A stretch of DNA of 64,000 nucleotides from Vicugna vicugna (taxonomy: Eukaryota). The notes beneath the pieces are model-generated. The model was not told where the DNA came from and did not search any database. It worked only from the letters and a program-made list of their open reading frames with translations. Positions within the stretch are counted from its first letter, which is position 1. Each line of letters begins with the position of its first letter. The position numbers were made by a program, and so were the translations under genes. The stretch is from contig MU058540.1 of assembly GCA_013265495.1 (NCBI GenBank), positions 2,877,696-2,941,695 on the forward strand, written 5' to 3'. Of the stretch, positions 1 through 13,000 are shown piece by piece.

Positions 1-300
1 AGCACTAAATACAGGTTCCTGGGCCCCAGCCTGGGTTTCCTAAAAGAGAACCCCAGGGAACTAGCCTAAGCACCTGCATTTCAGTAAGCCCTGGATCCTG
101 AGTGATTTTTTACGGTAAAAATAGGGAAATGCCGGAGAAAGGGGAAAGTCGGGAGACCTTGGCTGGGTCCTGCTCTGTCCCTAACATACTATGTTCACCT
201 GAGACAAATCACATTCTTCTCTGGGCCTCAGTTTCTTTATCTCTAAAGAAAGCTGGATGAGAGCAGTGGTTTTCAAACTTTTTTTTTTTAGATTGTACAT

Positions 301-509
301 CTAGTATTTCTCAGCTGGGGAAGGTGCTGCCTCCCATAGGGGCATTTAGGAATGTGTGGGAGAGCTTTGGGAGGGTCTCATGATGACTGGGGCTCTACTG
401 CTAGCTATGGGCTGAGGCCAGGGGTGCTAAGCATCCCACCAGGTATGGGGAAGTCCTGTGAGAATTATTCTGCCCCAAATGCTGACAGCATCCTCACTGA
501 AAAACACTG
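301..509 (+). mobile_element. MER20-family (MER20B-like) element
   Basis: tttctcagctgggg...aggggcattt...ggccaggggtgctaagcatcc...aattattctgccccaaatgc...ctgaaaaacactg. Confidence 0.65.
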
Positions 510-949
510 CAGCTCTGGACAAAGGAAACACTACTCGAGCCTGTGTGTGAAACAGTTACAATCAGAGAAGTGGTGGTCAGCCCGCTGTGAATAAGCAGAG
601 TACTTTACAGTATACAATCATATCTTCCATATGTCTTTCACAGCTACCCTGTGCATTTAGCAGGGTAGGGATGATGTATTAGCCCCATTTTACCGATGGA
701 GAAAATAAGGTTCCTCGCAGGAACCCCAGAGCTCCCTGACTGTGGCCTCTTCTAGTCTGAAGTTGCAGTGGGCCTGACTCAAATGACTACATTTGGCTGA
801 TGGGGCCGTGGTCTTCTAGAGTGGAAGGGACATGAAGGGTACAGACTCAGGTACGTTTGCACTGCAAAGACATAGGCTTGTTCTGTAAATGCACTGGTGG
901 GCTCCACCTCAGGGCCTTTGATATTTAGGATTTTCCTCAATATCCTCAA

Positions 950-1268
950 TACTTGCTTCCTCACCTTTAAATCTCTGCTCAAATGTCACCTCAGTGAAGC
1001 TTTCCTTGACTACTTTATATAAAATAATAGTTTTGTCTCTGGCATTCCCTGTTCATTTGCCGTATTATACTTTTTCCCCAAAGTACTCACAATCGTCTGA
1101 CACACATAGGTATATGTGTGCATATATTTTTGTTTTTTTCTTCCCCAGGAGGGAGGAGAAACAGGAGGGCATGGATTTGGGTCTGTCTTGTTTCCAGCTG
1201 TATCCATTGTGCTTTGAACAGTGCCTGGCACATGGTAGTACTCATTTGTTGAAGAAATGCATGAATGT
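950..1268 (+). mobile_element. L2 3' fragment
   Basis: tctctgctcaaatgtcacct...gaacagtgcctggcacatggtagtactca...gaatg L2 tail. Confidence 0.75.
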
Positions 1269-1782
1269 CCTGAAAATCAGCCCCAGAAGCCACTGGGCCA
1301 GTGTGATCCCAGGGTGGTCATGGTTAAGCACAGGCAGTGCCCACGGCAGCTGCCCGCTCTGAACTTAACCATTGTGCTCCCTGCCGTCTCCACCACGTTC
1401 TAGCTCTGTGACCTTGGTTGAGTCACTTCCCTATCTGTGGCCTTGGTTTCCTCTTGCACAACAAGGGGATGATAGTGTCTGCCTCTTAAGGAAACAACCT
1501 GTGAAAAGCACCTAAATGGGGAATTTCCCAGAGTAAGAGCCCAATAAATGCGACTTTTTTCCCTCTTCCTGCAGGAAGTCCCAGTGGGAGTTTCTCTCTG
1601 GGTTTTCTCATTCTGTCTCACAGAGCCTGTTGTGTCTCCTGCACCATCTACCCCCAGACCCTCCAGGCCTGGCTCCCACACTCTGCAGGAGCACACACAG
1701 AGACATGCATGACTCCTGCCACCAGACCTAGCTCAGAGCTCAGGATGTCTACACCCGCTGCAGAGAGGGTGTGGATACTCAC

Positions 1783-1836
1783 CGTGCCAGAATTCACGTA
1801 TTTCTTTTTCTTCATTTTCTTTTTTGGGTTTACTAC
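1783..1836 (-). CDS. CPNE5: CPNE5 exon 13 (54 nt): VVNPKKKMKKKKYVNSGT
   Basis: CAG acceptor 1837-1839 and GTGAGT donor 1777-1782; copine NPKKKxKKKxYxNSG basic stretch. Confidence 0.96.
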
Positions 1837-2448
1837 CTGCAGAAAAAAACAGTTGCCAGGTAAGAAGGAGCGTTTCTAAGCAGTCAGGACTGACCCTTGG
1901 GTGTGGCCCCAGCCCCAGCAAGCAGAGTGTGAGAGGTGAAAACCAGGGGTCTGACGGAGGGGTGTTCAGGGAGGTTTTGTGAGAGACTGGTACATAGATT
2001 TATGCAACTGAGCTCACGATTAGACGGTTAGATGGATATCCCATGACCAAACACACCAGGAATAATATTTACTTAGCTTTCTCTCCCACTGCTCCCCTAA
2101 GCACACCCTCCACCCTATGCAGCCAAAGGAGGCTCGATATTGTAAAGGGGACCCCGTCCGTGCCTGCCTCCGAGTGTTGGCTCAGACTGCTCTGAAATGC
2201 CCTCCCTTCCTTCCTTCACCAAATCCAATCCTCCCTACTTCTCCTTTGAGATCCAGCCCTAGGGCTGCCCTGGGGCCTTTAAGGCTGCCCCCCTCCACCA
2301 CTACCACCACAACCGCCCTTAAACTGCAGTTAGAACCACCTTAACTGTTCTTCATGTACAAGCTTTAATTCCACATCTATCATCAGAGAATACATCACAG
2401 GGCTAGGCAGAGAGTAAGCGCTTAAAAAACGCTTCTTGGTGGGCTACT

Positions 2449-2646
2449 CACTGGTCTCAACTGGGGGTGATTTTTGCCTCCCAGGGGACATTTGGCAATG
2501 TCTGAATATATTTTTGGTTGTCACAACTGGGGGAATAGGCAGAGGCAAGGGCTGTTACTAAAAATCCTACAACACACAGGACAGTCCCCCACAACAAAGA
2601 ATCCTCCAGTCCAAAATGTCAGGAGGGCCGAGGCTGAGAACCCCTG
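2449..2646 (+). mobile_element. MER20 (hAT-Charlie MITE)
   Basis: ctcaactgggggtgatttttgcctcccaggggacatttggcaatgtctg...caaaatgtc...gctgagaacccctg matches the MER20 consensus as recalled. Confidence 0.85.
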
Positions 2647-5600
2647 GGCTGCACCGGGAGGAACACCTTCCCCTCTGAGTCCTCCATGGGTCTTCGCACG
2701 TACTGCATTTGTTCTCTAATTTGATCCTCACCAGCTGTTTTGTTCTTTATGTGGGACAGCCAACCTTTTCCTAATCTCCACTCAAAGTAAGGTGGTTTTC
2801 ATACCTGCTCTGTCATCTGTAGGTTTCTGGTGAACTCACTTTCCCTCTCCCTCATCTCCTGTTTTTGCTGCAGGGGCAGCCATCTTAAGATCCACTTCTG
2901 GAGATAAGGAAACTAAGGCACAGAGACACCACCTAAGTGGTGGTGTTTGCCTAAGGTCACACAGCTAGCCTGGGTAGGGACAGAATTAGAAACCAAGTTT
3001 CTGCCCTCAGGCCAGTACTGCCACTTTGATAACAAATACAACCACATTCCTTCACAAATATCTATGGGGTGGGGTACCAGTTCTTCTCCCACTCCAGTGG
3101 AAAAAGAAGATATGTCCTTGGGTGATAGGTGACAAGGGCCACCAAAAAGGGGGTGTCAGAAATGTGAAGGGAGTTGGAGGAAGGACAGAGCATTCCAGGT
3201 GGGAGCATCACTGAAGGCTCCATGGAACAGGCGATATTGAAGGCAGATGTTGAGGGACCGGAAGGATTTGGACATGAAGAGATGGAGGGAAGGCATTCCA
3301 ATCAGAGGAGATGGGGGGCTGTCAGGGAGCACAGAACTGGGGTCCAGTTTGATTGCAGAACCTCAGGGGTGGAATAGTAATTGGACTGGCCTTTAAGATA
3401 GCCTAGAATGCCAAGTTAAATGTCTGAACATTACCCAGCAGCCAGCAGGGAACTCTCATAACCTGTAAGCTATTAGGGAACATGATCACAGAAGGCTCTA
3501 GGATGTTGGGACCTGATGGAGTTGAGTACAAGGGGAGAGGAAGGAGGGACATCCAGGGCTTCTGCCTGGTTCTGCTACCTAGTAATTGCGTGACCTTCCC
3601 CTGTGCTTCAGTTTCCTTATCTGTAAAATGGAGGGGGAAAGTATCTACTTCATAGAAAGGTATGAGGATCAATACAAGTAAAGTGCTTTGAACAGGGTCT
3701 GGAATGCAGTAAATACTATGTAAGTGTTAGCTGCTATTATTTTTTATTGCTACTACTACTATTACCACCACCACCAGTCCAGGTGAGAGGTAGAGGGTCT
3801 AGAGGGTGTTGGAACAGGTCCTGAGCTATGGCAAAACAGCACCGTCATGAAGTGACCACAGATCTGGGGCTCTAGGTGTGGCCCTGGAGGCAGGAAAGAG
3901 GAAGGGGTCAGGGGTTACCAGGCAGACACAGAGGAAGGAAGAGCTGGATTTCAGGTACAGGAGGGAAGTTCAGGTGGTAGGGCTGGCAAGCTGTACAGGT
4001 GGAAATTAAGGGCCAGGGGAGAGAAGCCCAGAACAACCTCAGAGCCTCCACGGGCATGAAGCCACCCAGATGACGCAGTGCTAACTGACACATTCATGGG
4101 ATAACAGCTCCCTAGCAGGCTGTTGAGATGAGAGCACATTGCAGCCCCAATGCCACACTGTGCCTCCATTTCCCAATCTGTCCTATGAGGGTGTTGAACT
4201 ATGAGAATTGACTGCATCTCAAACTCCAAAGTAGCCCTCCCAGCTGAGGATAATGAACATGGACTCTTGGTGGGGGTCTAGGCGTCGCCCAAAGACCTGG
4301 CCACAAGCACATTTCTTTGAAGTCTTCTCTGTTATCTTTAAATTAGCCTGTACTCCACATTTCCACTCTCTAATTATAACTGTTTTAATATTAAAGCAAT
4401 GATTTGTTCTCAGATCTTCATGTGAAGTGGGCACTGAGAAAGCACCCTGTTTGTTCTGGGGTTTCATGCACCACCCAGCACACCCCCTCCCCCATGTACC
4501 AGCCTCTCCAGTCCTAAGCGGCTGCACCCGAAGCTCCATGCAGGGGACCAGCGCACCCTAGAGGCCAGCCTTGCAACATCCCAACTCCTGGGCTGGAGTT
4601 CTAAGCCTTCTCTTTTCCCTCTCCTCACCAACCCAGGGTCTCCAGGGCCTGCAGGGCAGGTCTGAAGTCTGCCCTCCTGTGCAAATGGCCACTGAGTGGC
4701 TCCCAGGCTCCAGGAGCTGTGCTGGCTCTGGACACAACGGTGAGGGAGACATCACCCCCATCCCTGAGGACATGATGGTCTTTGAGGAAGAGGGGGGTGA
4801 GGGGCACAGGAGCACCAAGGACAGGCATCTATTTCAGACTTTAGGGTGGAGTAGGCGTGCAGGTGGAGACTTCCTGGAGGAAGAACATCAAAGGGAGTCT
4901 CCAAGGTCGAGCAGGCCCAACCAGGTAAAGGAGAGCAAAGCCCCAGGGGAGGCGCCAGCATGAATGAACCACAGAGACTGAGCCAGCATAGATCAGGCTT
5001 CACAGAGCCTCAGGTGGTGTTATGGGGCTGAAAGTAGGGGTGGGCAGAGGGAAGGGGACGAAGCTGGACCCTAGGGGCTCCTAGAGGTGTGACTTGTGCT
5101 GCTACTGATACACCACCCCCTGCCCAGGTTGCACCTAGACTGCAGTCACTGGTGTATGGCACACATGTGAAGGAGCTTGAGACCTATCTCATAGGTAACG
5201 GACCCCGTAGGACCTCAGCTAGGGTGGAGGCTGTGCAAACCAGGCCAAGGAGCTGGGTGGGATGTCCAGCTAGGTGTTAAGCAGGGCAGCAATGTGGTCA
5301 ATTACCATGTCGGAGGAGTATTTGGGTTACCAAGTAGAGGATGGAAGGAGGCGGGAAGGCCATTAGGGGACTGTTGCAAAGCCCCCACACAGGGGAGATG
5401 GTGACAGTGGGGGTGGAGGGGAATGAAGAGGACAAATGTCAGAATATACAGGTGGTAGGAGGAGTGGGGTTCCATCGTGGACTGAGTGTGGGGCGAGGGG
5501 CAGGAGATGTCAAGGATGCCTCTTCAGATGCCATGGCCCCCGTGATGACAGTACAGAAGGAACTGGCTGGCCAGTGGGGAGAGGAGGGTTGTGGGGGACT

Positions 5601-7184
5601 TTAGCCAGTGAATTCACTTTGGGAAAGCTAAGTCTGAGGAGTGGCCAGCAGGCAGCTGGGCATACGGGTTGGATACCCAGGCTGATGCCAGGGCCTGAGA
5701 TAAGGATGTGGCAGAACACTGTTCTCTCTTCAGGAAGTTCTGACTCTAGAAAGACCTTCCTGAGTCCAAACTGGCCTCCCAGTGTTGCCCTCCAAGGTGC
5801 AAGGCCTACCTCGGGGCTGCCAGAGTTTAATTCCTTTTCCACCTGATGGCGTTTCCAATGTGTGAAGACAGCACTTCTGCTTACCAGCACTGTAGTTTCT
5901 CTTGTTGATTGCAAGGGAGCAGGGATCAACCACTGAGAAATGAGTAATCTGACCTCCTTTGCTTTAAGCCTGAGAGATCATGGCCTCATCTGAGCCTGTC
6001 AAGAATCCTTAGAAGTCAAGCTCCAAGAGATTTGACCCCTTCCCTTCACTTCCCTAAAAATCTCCTTAAAAGAGTCCAGGGAAAGATGGAGCCTGCTTCT
6101 CTCTGCCTGGGTAGGGGACAGGGACAGCTCTGTCTTTTATCCTTGCAGAAAACAAAGCAATTATCTGTGAGGATCAGAGCTCTTTCAAAGAAATTCATCC
6201 ACGGTCCATCCTCACAAATAGCCTTGTTCAATTGAATTCAGTGTGGATGTATAATAAGCACCCACTGTGTGCCCAACAGGATGCAGGCCAATGTGAATAG
6301 AGCAACAGAAAGGGCTACCACTTTGTCTGCCCTTGGGGAGCTTCAGTCCAGCTGGAACACAAGACCATCCCACTCAGAACAGATACAGGCTGAGGGAGTG
6401 GACATATGGAGGGATTTGGACTCAGTGATGGGAGTCAAAGCCAGCTCTGCAGCCTCACTAGCTGAGTGGCTACTGATGTGAGGATAGAGCCAGTTTGTCA
6501 GATGGTTGTGAAATGTAAATCTCCTGGCACCCAGGCACTCAACAGACGATACTGGGAGACAGCACTGACATAATGCTCAGTGGGGGCTAGGCATTGTTTT
6601 AGCAACTTACTTAATTCTCAGTGTGCATGGCATAGAGGGGGGCAGGAACTCAGCCAGGGGCACGTGGCTAGTACGTGGTAGTCAGATATGAAACCCAGGC
6701 CATAAGTTAGGGTTATAAGTTTCTGCAGTTTCGTGGGTCTGGCGTGAACTGTGCTGTCCATGAAGTTCAGAAGGAGAGAGCACAGAAGGCTGGCCCAGCT
6801 GGGAAGGCCCCAGAGGAGTAGGGCCTGAGCTAGCTTTGGAAGGTGGGATGGTCTCCTGGGAGGGAGAACACACAAAGACAAAGGCTCAGCCATAGAAACT
6901 GTTCTTTGAGGGCAAACACTATTATCTCCAGAGAGACTGGGTGCCTTGTCCAAGGTTCTCCAGGACTAGACGGAGGTATCCTGACTCCTATTCCTGTCTT
7001 TCCTTCCAGAAGAGATAAGATAATTCTGCAGGTCCTGAAACTGTTCTGATTGAACGCAGAAGCTATTCTGAATTCAGGATCTCAAGTTTCAGGCTTAGAA
7101 GCTTCTGATACTGTCTCTCACCTTCTGCCCCACCCACAGTTCTATCCCCCAACCTTGTTGGAAGAGCTCTCTTAAGGGGGCCCT

Positions 7185-7345
7185 ATAACACAGTTATCTG
7201 GAGTCAAACAAGCTTAGGTTGTCTGCCTCTTGATTCTGCCAGTTACTGGACCACATGTCTTCAGTCAACTCCCCTAATTTCTCTGAGATTCAGTCTCTTT
7301 GACAGTAGAATGGAACAATAACACCCACCTCACAAGAGAACATGC
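7185..7345 (+). mobile_element. MIR, 5' part (continues at ~8283-8330 after the L1)
   Basis: tctggagtcaaaca...tctgccagttact...ctaatttctctgagattcagtctctt...aatggaacaataacacccacctcaca. Confidence 0.65.
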
Positions 7346-7648
7346 AAAAACCCCACCTCAGTGTGTGGAGAAAAGGGAACGCTCCTACACTATTGGTGAG
7401 AATGTAATCTGGTGCAGCCACTATGGAAAACAGTATGGCGATTCCTTAAAAAACTAAAAATAGAGTTACCATATGATCCAGCAATCCCATTCCTGGGCAT
7501 ATCTCTGGAGAAAACTCTAATTTGAAAAGATACATGCACTCCAATGTTCATAGCAGCACTATTTACAACAGCCAAGACACGGCAGCAACCTAAATGTCCA
7601 TAGACAGATGATTGGATAAAGAAGTTGTGGTGTGATCTATATATAGAT

Positions 7649-7650
<2 letters not shown>

Positions 7651-7686
<36 letters not shown>
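7651..7686. repeat. (AC)18 microsatellite inside the older L1
   Basis: Perfect dinucleotide run read directly. Confidence 0.97.
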
Positions 7687-7688
<2 letters not shown>

Positions 7689-8054
7689 TGGAATACTACT
7701 CAGCCATAAAAAGAATGAAATAATGCCATTTGCAGCAACATGGATGGACCTGAAGATTGTTATACTAAGTGAAGTAAGTCAGACAGAGAAAGACAAATAT
7801 CATATGATATCACTTATATGTGGAATCTAAAAAATGATACAACTGAATTTATACAAAACAGAAACAGACTTACAGACATAGAAAACAAATTTTTGGTTAC
7901 CAAAGAGGAAAGGAGGGGAGGGATAAATTAGGAGTTTGGGATTAGCAGATACAAACTACTATATATCAAATAGATAAACAATAAGGTCCCAATGTATAGC
8001 ACAGGGAACAATATTCAATATCTTGTAATAACCTATAATTAAAAAAGAATATGA

Positions 8055-8151
8055 GGGGGAGGGTATAGCTCAGTGGTAGCGCTCATGCTTAGCATGCACA
8101 AGGGCCTGGATTCAATCCCCAGTGCCTCCAATTTAAAAAAGTTAATGGAAA
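8055..8151 (+). mobile_element. tRNA-Ala-derived SINE (camelid Vic-1-type)
   Basis: GGGGGAGGGTATAGCTCAGTGGTAG A box, TTAGCAT anticodon-loop remnant, B-box variant, A-rich tail; perfect TSD AAAAAAGAATATGA at 8041-8054 and 8152-8165. Confidence 0.9.
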
Positions 8152-8362
8152 AAAAAAGAATATGAAAAATAATATATATATGTGTATATCTGAATTGCTA
8201 TGCTGCACATCAGAAACTAACACAACATTGTAAATCAACTACACTTCAATAAAAAACAAACAGACAAAAAACCCCAGCCCAGCACATGGCTCACTGTAGT
8301 CCTTAGTGACTGGAAGGTATGTATTATAACAGCAAACCCCAGCCTTCAGGCATCTGCCTCAC

Positions 8363-8438
8363 CTCATAGATGTTGAATTGGCTCTGCCCGCGGGCCAGCT
8401 CCCGGTAGCTGGTGGTAAACTCCCCAATGAAGTCATGG
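8363..8438 (-). CDS. CPNE5: CPNE5 exon 12 (76 nt): [25 protein letters not shown]
   Basis: CAG acceptor 8439-8441 and GTGAGG donor 8357-8362. Confidence 0.96.
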
Positions 8439-8699
8439 CTGCAAGGGAAGGCTGCTGCTGAGACCACGAGGCCCAGACTCTGCTCTGCCCATCCCTCCAC
8501 CTTTCACATCCCTTCCCCTGGCTCCCAATTCTGCCCAGGGCCTCTGCTCCAGGGGTCCACACCAGCAGAGAGGCTGGGTCCCTGGGAAGAGTCCAGTGTC
8601 ACCCGTCACCCATGGAACAAGAAACCTAACAGTCACCCAGCAAAGAGCAGGGTCCTGGAGAATGGGACCCACTTCTACTTATTTGAACAAACTAGCAAT

Positions 8700-9030
8700 A
8701 GAAGCTATTTTGGGGACAACTGGGGAGATCTGAATATGAAATGAATATTAGACAGTATTCAAGAATTATTGTTCAATGTGTCAGGTGTGATAATGATATT
8801 TGTACTTATGTAGGAAAATACCCTTGTTTTTTAGGCATTCTCAATGAGATACATAGAGGTAAAAATGCCACGATGACTGTAACTTAAACTACATCAGCAA
8901 AGCACAGATAAAGCAACTATGGCAGCATGTACCACTTGTTAGATTCAGGTGATAGGCTTAAAGTGTTCATTCAACTCTTCTCTCTACTTTTCTGTGTGCA
9001 TGACATTTTTTCAAAAACATTTTTTGAAAA
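8700..9030 (+). mobile_element. Ancient L1 (L1MC/L1ME-type) 3' fragment
   Basis: tattttggggacaactggggagatctgaatatg...attagacagtattcaagaattattgtt...ggtgtgataatg. Confidence 0.65.
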
Positions 9031-10154
9031 GACAATTAGTGCTATGTCTAGGCAGCTTGAGGTGTTTTCTGCAGTGTTTACACCTTCTGGATCTCTGCCC
9101 CACAAGCGTGTGTTGAGGTTAAGTACAGCCAAACCTTGTACAAAGCAGAACTCCCATCTTCCCTGTGACTGGCTGCCTTTCACCATCACTGCGCCTGGTA
9201 GAGGGTAGCGGTTAATAGCCTGGCCTGGAGCTGCTGATAGAGAGTGATGCCAAGGAGGTGTCCCTGGGGCCTTGTCACACCTTGAGCCCACACTGCATTT
9301 TGTCTACATATTTACAGCTCTCAGCATTCAGACTGTGAGCTCCTTGATAGTGGGACCCAAGGGCATCTGTTGGCTGGCCCCAGCTTTCCCGGTAAAGGAG
9401 AAGTAGGGGGAACTCCAGGGTGAGATGACGAGGTGAATCATGGGTGGAAACCTGAGGCTGACTTGCCTGTGATGTGGTTAAAGCAGAGAGGAGGGGACAG
9501 AGTGAGTTGGCACCAGAGTTTCTCTGCAGGAAGGTCTCGGGAAGGTGAGCTCTTTGGAAGGGGCTTGAGCCTAATTTAGACCTGGGCTTGCACAGCCCTT
9601 TCCAGCATCCCTGTCCACGTCACAGCCTTGAGAGGCACCAGTGGAGATTACAGGGCTTAAAGCCCTTCCATGACACTCCCTACTGCAGAATGGAGGGCTC
9701 ATAAGTCAAGATAACATACTTGGATTTGGCTCAACAGACAAGCAGGAGCCAGCGAGGGTTCTACTAAAACTGTGAGAGGCCTGTTCTTGTCCTTGTTTAT
9801 GAATTCTCAGTGACACTGGCTCCTTCGGGGCACTTAGACCCACAGAAGGGGAAGGCACTGGCTTCCCCAAGGCCAGGCTCAGCCCTACTCAGGCTTTGCC
9901 TCACAGCTCCTGGGTCCATTCGTCTGCATTAGAGCTTACCCTTCCCATATTCCACTCCCTCAGGCCCTGATCCCTGCAAACAGCTCCTCTGATGAGCTGA
10001 TGGCCTACCCACTAGATTTCAGTGAGTCTCTGAGAGCTGAGCTGCATCTTCTTCACCCCATAATGCTTAGCCTGACACAGAGAACATGGCCATGAATGCT
10101 CAGGTCACCAGTATTTGTCTACACCTCAGAACATACACATTTCAGAAAACTCTA

Positions 10155-10290
10155 GGGGGATGAGTATAGCTCAGTGGTAGCACGTATGCTTGCATGCATG
10201 AGGTCCTGGGTTCAATCCCCAGTACCTCCATTTAAAAAGTATAGGAAAAAATCAGCGAAAGATGTATCTTAAAAATTATTAAAAAAAAAA
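10155..10290 (+). mobile_element. tRNA-derived SINE (Vic-1-type)
   Basis: TAGCTCAGTGG A box, GGTTCAATCC B box, A-rich tail; probable TSD AGAAAACTCTA (10144-10154) / AGACAATTCTA (10291-10301). Confidence 0.88.
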
Positions 10291-10602
10291 AGACAATTCT
10301 AAATTCTCCCAAAATGTGGGGAGATTTTAGGCACCGGCTGGCTGCTAGGCAACTACTTGAGGAAAAGAGGCTTCTAATGCCCCTCACACCATATCCTGCA
10401 GGACACAGGTCCTCTGATGCCTCAGTGGAGCTGGGCAGGGATGAGCCAAGGGGGCAGTGGATCCTCCCCAGGAGAACCCAGGCCCCCTTACCCTCAGAGC
10501 TGCCATGGGTGGGGGCCTGGGCACAGCTCTCCCCATGAAAGGGCCCTTCCCCCGAGTTGCTGACCCCATCCCTGCTCACCTTCTGTCCTTCTGCCAGCTT
10601 AC

Positions 10603-10644
10603 CTGCCGTCTCGATCCCAGTCGTATACCTCCACCTTGATGGTC
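10603..10644 (-). CDS. CPNE5: CPNE5 exon 11 (42 nt): TIKVEVYDWDRDG(S)
   Basis: CAG acceptor 10645-10647 and GTAAGC donor 10597-10602; YDWD motif. Confidence 0.96.
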
Positions 10645-11299
10645 CTGTAAGGCAAAGGACCCGTGGTGGGATGGACTAGATCCAGCACCTCAATGGCCTG
10701 AGGATGGGGCCCTTCTTATGCTCCAGGACCAAAAGGGGGTGCAGGAACACCTACCAGGCTCCCAGGGCCCTCAGTGGAGAGGCAGCAGCCCAAGAGACAA
10801 AGGAACTATCTTGAGACCTTTAAAGGTTTTAGAGATGGGGCAGTCTCAGAGCTATGTAGGGACTTCCCTGAATTTCAGGGAAGATGTGGAAAAGCAGCCT
10901 CAGATTTCAGTTCACCCCACCTTCTGCTTGGCCCCTGCAGACGGGGCACAGGTCCCAGCAAGAAGCCATACTGTCAGTTTATCAGGGGTGGGGCTGTTGC
11001 AGTGGGAGTGTGCTGCTCCCCGGCTGTCACTTCTAAGCAGGGAGGGCTCTCCTGGGGAGGAGTGACAAGACTATGTGGTGGGACCCCAGGGTCCAAGAGG
11101 TCTGAGTGTTGGGCAGCCAGCCCTGCATGTCAGGGCTGGGCCCAAGGGCCCTGACTTGGGGATGGCCTGTTGAGCTTTTCCACGCCAGACTGGCTCCTGA
11201 GTGAGGGTGTAATTATCTTCACATTTTAGCCTGGCTGCTTTAATTAGTTTGTTTTGACTCCTGAGCATGGGGCTGGGCTTCAGGAGCCCATTTTATTTT

Positions 11300-11325
11300 T
11301 AGCCTGTTTCCATGGCAACAGGCTA
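11300..11325. promoter_or_regulatory. Candidate RFX X-box (GTTTCCATGGCAAC, 11306-11319) inside a 26-bp near-perfect palindrome
   Basis: TAGCCTGTTTCCATGGCAACAGGCTA read directly; matches the GTTnCCATGGnAAC consensus; function not shown. Confidence 0.5.
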
Positions 11326-12679
11326 GCAGACCAGAAGCGGAGGAGGGAGGTGGAGGGTTGTGGGTTAACCCTTGGTGCCAGCCGTCCTCCAGGGATGCCC
11401 AGGGACAGGGTAGCTGCCAGGGTCTCACTGCAGGGTCAGGGTCTGTGCGGGTGGGAGAGGCGTGGGGGAGCTGGGGTCTCCAGCCTTCAGGTCTAAATGG
11501 GGCTCACAGAGGTGGCTGCCTGGGCTTGTGTTCTATGAACATATCATCTCGCCCATGGTCACAGCCCATCTCCTCAGGTCTGTGGGAAGTCAGCCTTGGG
11601 GTTCCGGAACCCCCAGAAGGAGGCGCTGTTTCCCTTCAGATGAGCCTCCGTGGGGCATGGGGTGGGGTGCGGCTTCTGCAGCAGTGCAGGAACTGTTTTG
11701 GAAATGAAGGGATGCCCCGTAGGTTGTGCAACAACTGGATTTTTGTTATCAAAATGTAAAATGGGGCAGGCATAAAAGCCTACCATGTAAAGAAATCCTT
11801 TAAATTCTTGTGAAAAACAAAAAACAATGTCTCTCTGAGGTGAATTATTGTGGAAAGAAAAAAAAAATCAAAAAATTTAGACCCCTGAAGATGGACTGAT
11901 TGATGATCTGGAAAGAGTAGAAAGTGGGTGGGTATGGATTTGGATGCTGGGCCCTTAGCAGTGGGATCTGGGGATGTCACTTGACCACTCTGAGCCACAA
12001 ACCATCATTTTAAAGTAGAGAAAATAACGGCACTGCAGAATAGCTGGGAAGATAAGCTGGTCAAACTACCTGGCATGTAGTGGATCTCTATAAAATTGCC
12101 TCCTTCTCTCCACTTTAGCATTCAGGCCACATTTGGGATAGTTTTTCACATGCAATTTACTTAAATCATTTGAGCCTGGGTACCTGGGCTCTGCAACTTC
12201 TGATTCCTAGAATGACAAGGCTGGAAGTGACCTTGGTGGTATCCTAGCCTGGCCGCCTGGCACACTGCTAGGGAGCTTTTGAGACACACAGACCTCCAGG
12301 CCCTGTTCCTGGCAGCTCTGGGCAGGGCCCAGGAATCTAGTTCAAAGATTTCTAAAGTGGTTCTGCTGTACATGTTCTGGAGGGATAACCTCCAGCCCTT
12401 CATTTTCAGGTGGGGAAACTGAACCCTAAGGGTACCCAGTGACTTGCCCAAGGTCACACAGCTGGTGAGGGTCTGAGCCAAGACACTGCCCCACAATGCT
12501 GAAGTCTCCCAGTCCTTCCCCAGAGCACCCCTAGCTCTGCGGGGGTCCTTCAGGGACTCCAGCAAGGAGTACCTCTCCTAGGACCACCAACACCAGTCCT
12601 CAGGTGACTAAATCAGTGACAACCACATGCTCAGAGACTGTAGGGGGACCCCAGTCATAGCCACAGCCCTGGATACCCA

Positions 12680-13000
12680 AAAAATCACTGGGAGATTCTT
12701 TTTAAATCCCATGGCCAGAGGGCCTGATTAAGTTGATCTGGATAGAATCTAGGCACGAAAAGTTTTTAAAAGTCCCCTGGCTGATTCTAATGTGATGCCA
12801 GAGCCTCTGACCTCTCCAGATGAGATTACTGGTTTTTAAGCTTGGTTACACATTGGATCCCCTGGGGAGCTTTAGCAAGCCTGATGCTGATGCCTCACCC
12901 CAGAGATACAGAATCAATTGGTCTGGGGTGTAGCCTGCGCATGGGAATTGTTAAAATCTCCTCAGGGGATTTGAACTTGCTGCTGAAGTTGAGATCACTG
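12680..13000. mobile_element. Two adjacent MER5-like MITEs
   Basis: aatcactgggagattctttttaaa...tgattctaatgtg and ccctggggagcttt...ccccagagatacagaatcaattggtctggggtg...aagttgagatcactg. Confidence 0.65.

Larger units (their letters stand above)
7362..8266 (+). mobile_element. Older L1 3' fragment (ORF2 C-terminus and 3' UTR), interrupted by a SINE and an (AC)n tract
   Basis: gtgtggagaaaagggaac...ccatatgatccagcaatccc...aatgccatttgcagcaacatggatggacct; parallels 62430-63160; frame is broken; degenerate TSD 7346-7361 / 8267-8282. Confidence 0.93.

Noticed and set aside
8055..8130. Possible tRNA-Ala gene (also 10155 and 59794)
   Set aside because: A-rich tails, TSDs and disrupted stems indicate SINE copies, not functional tRNAs.
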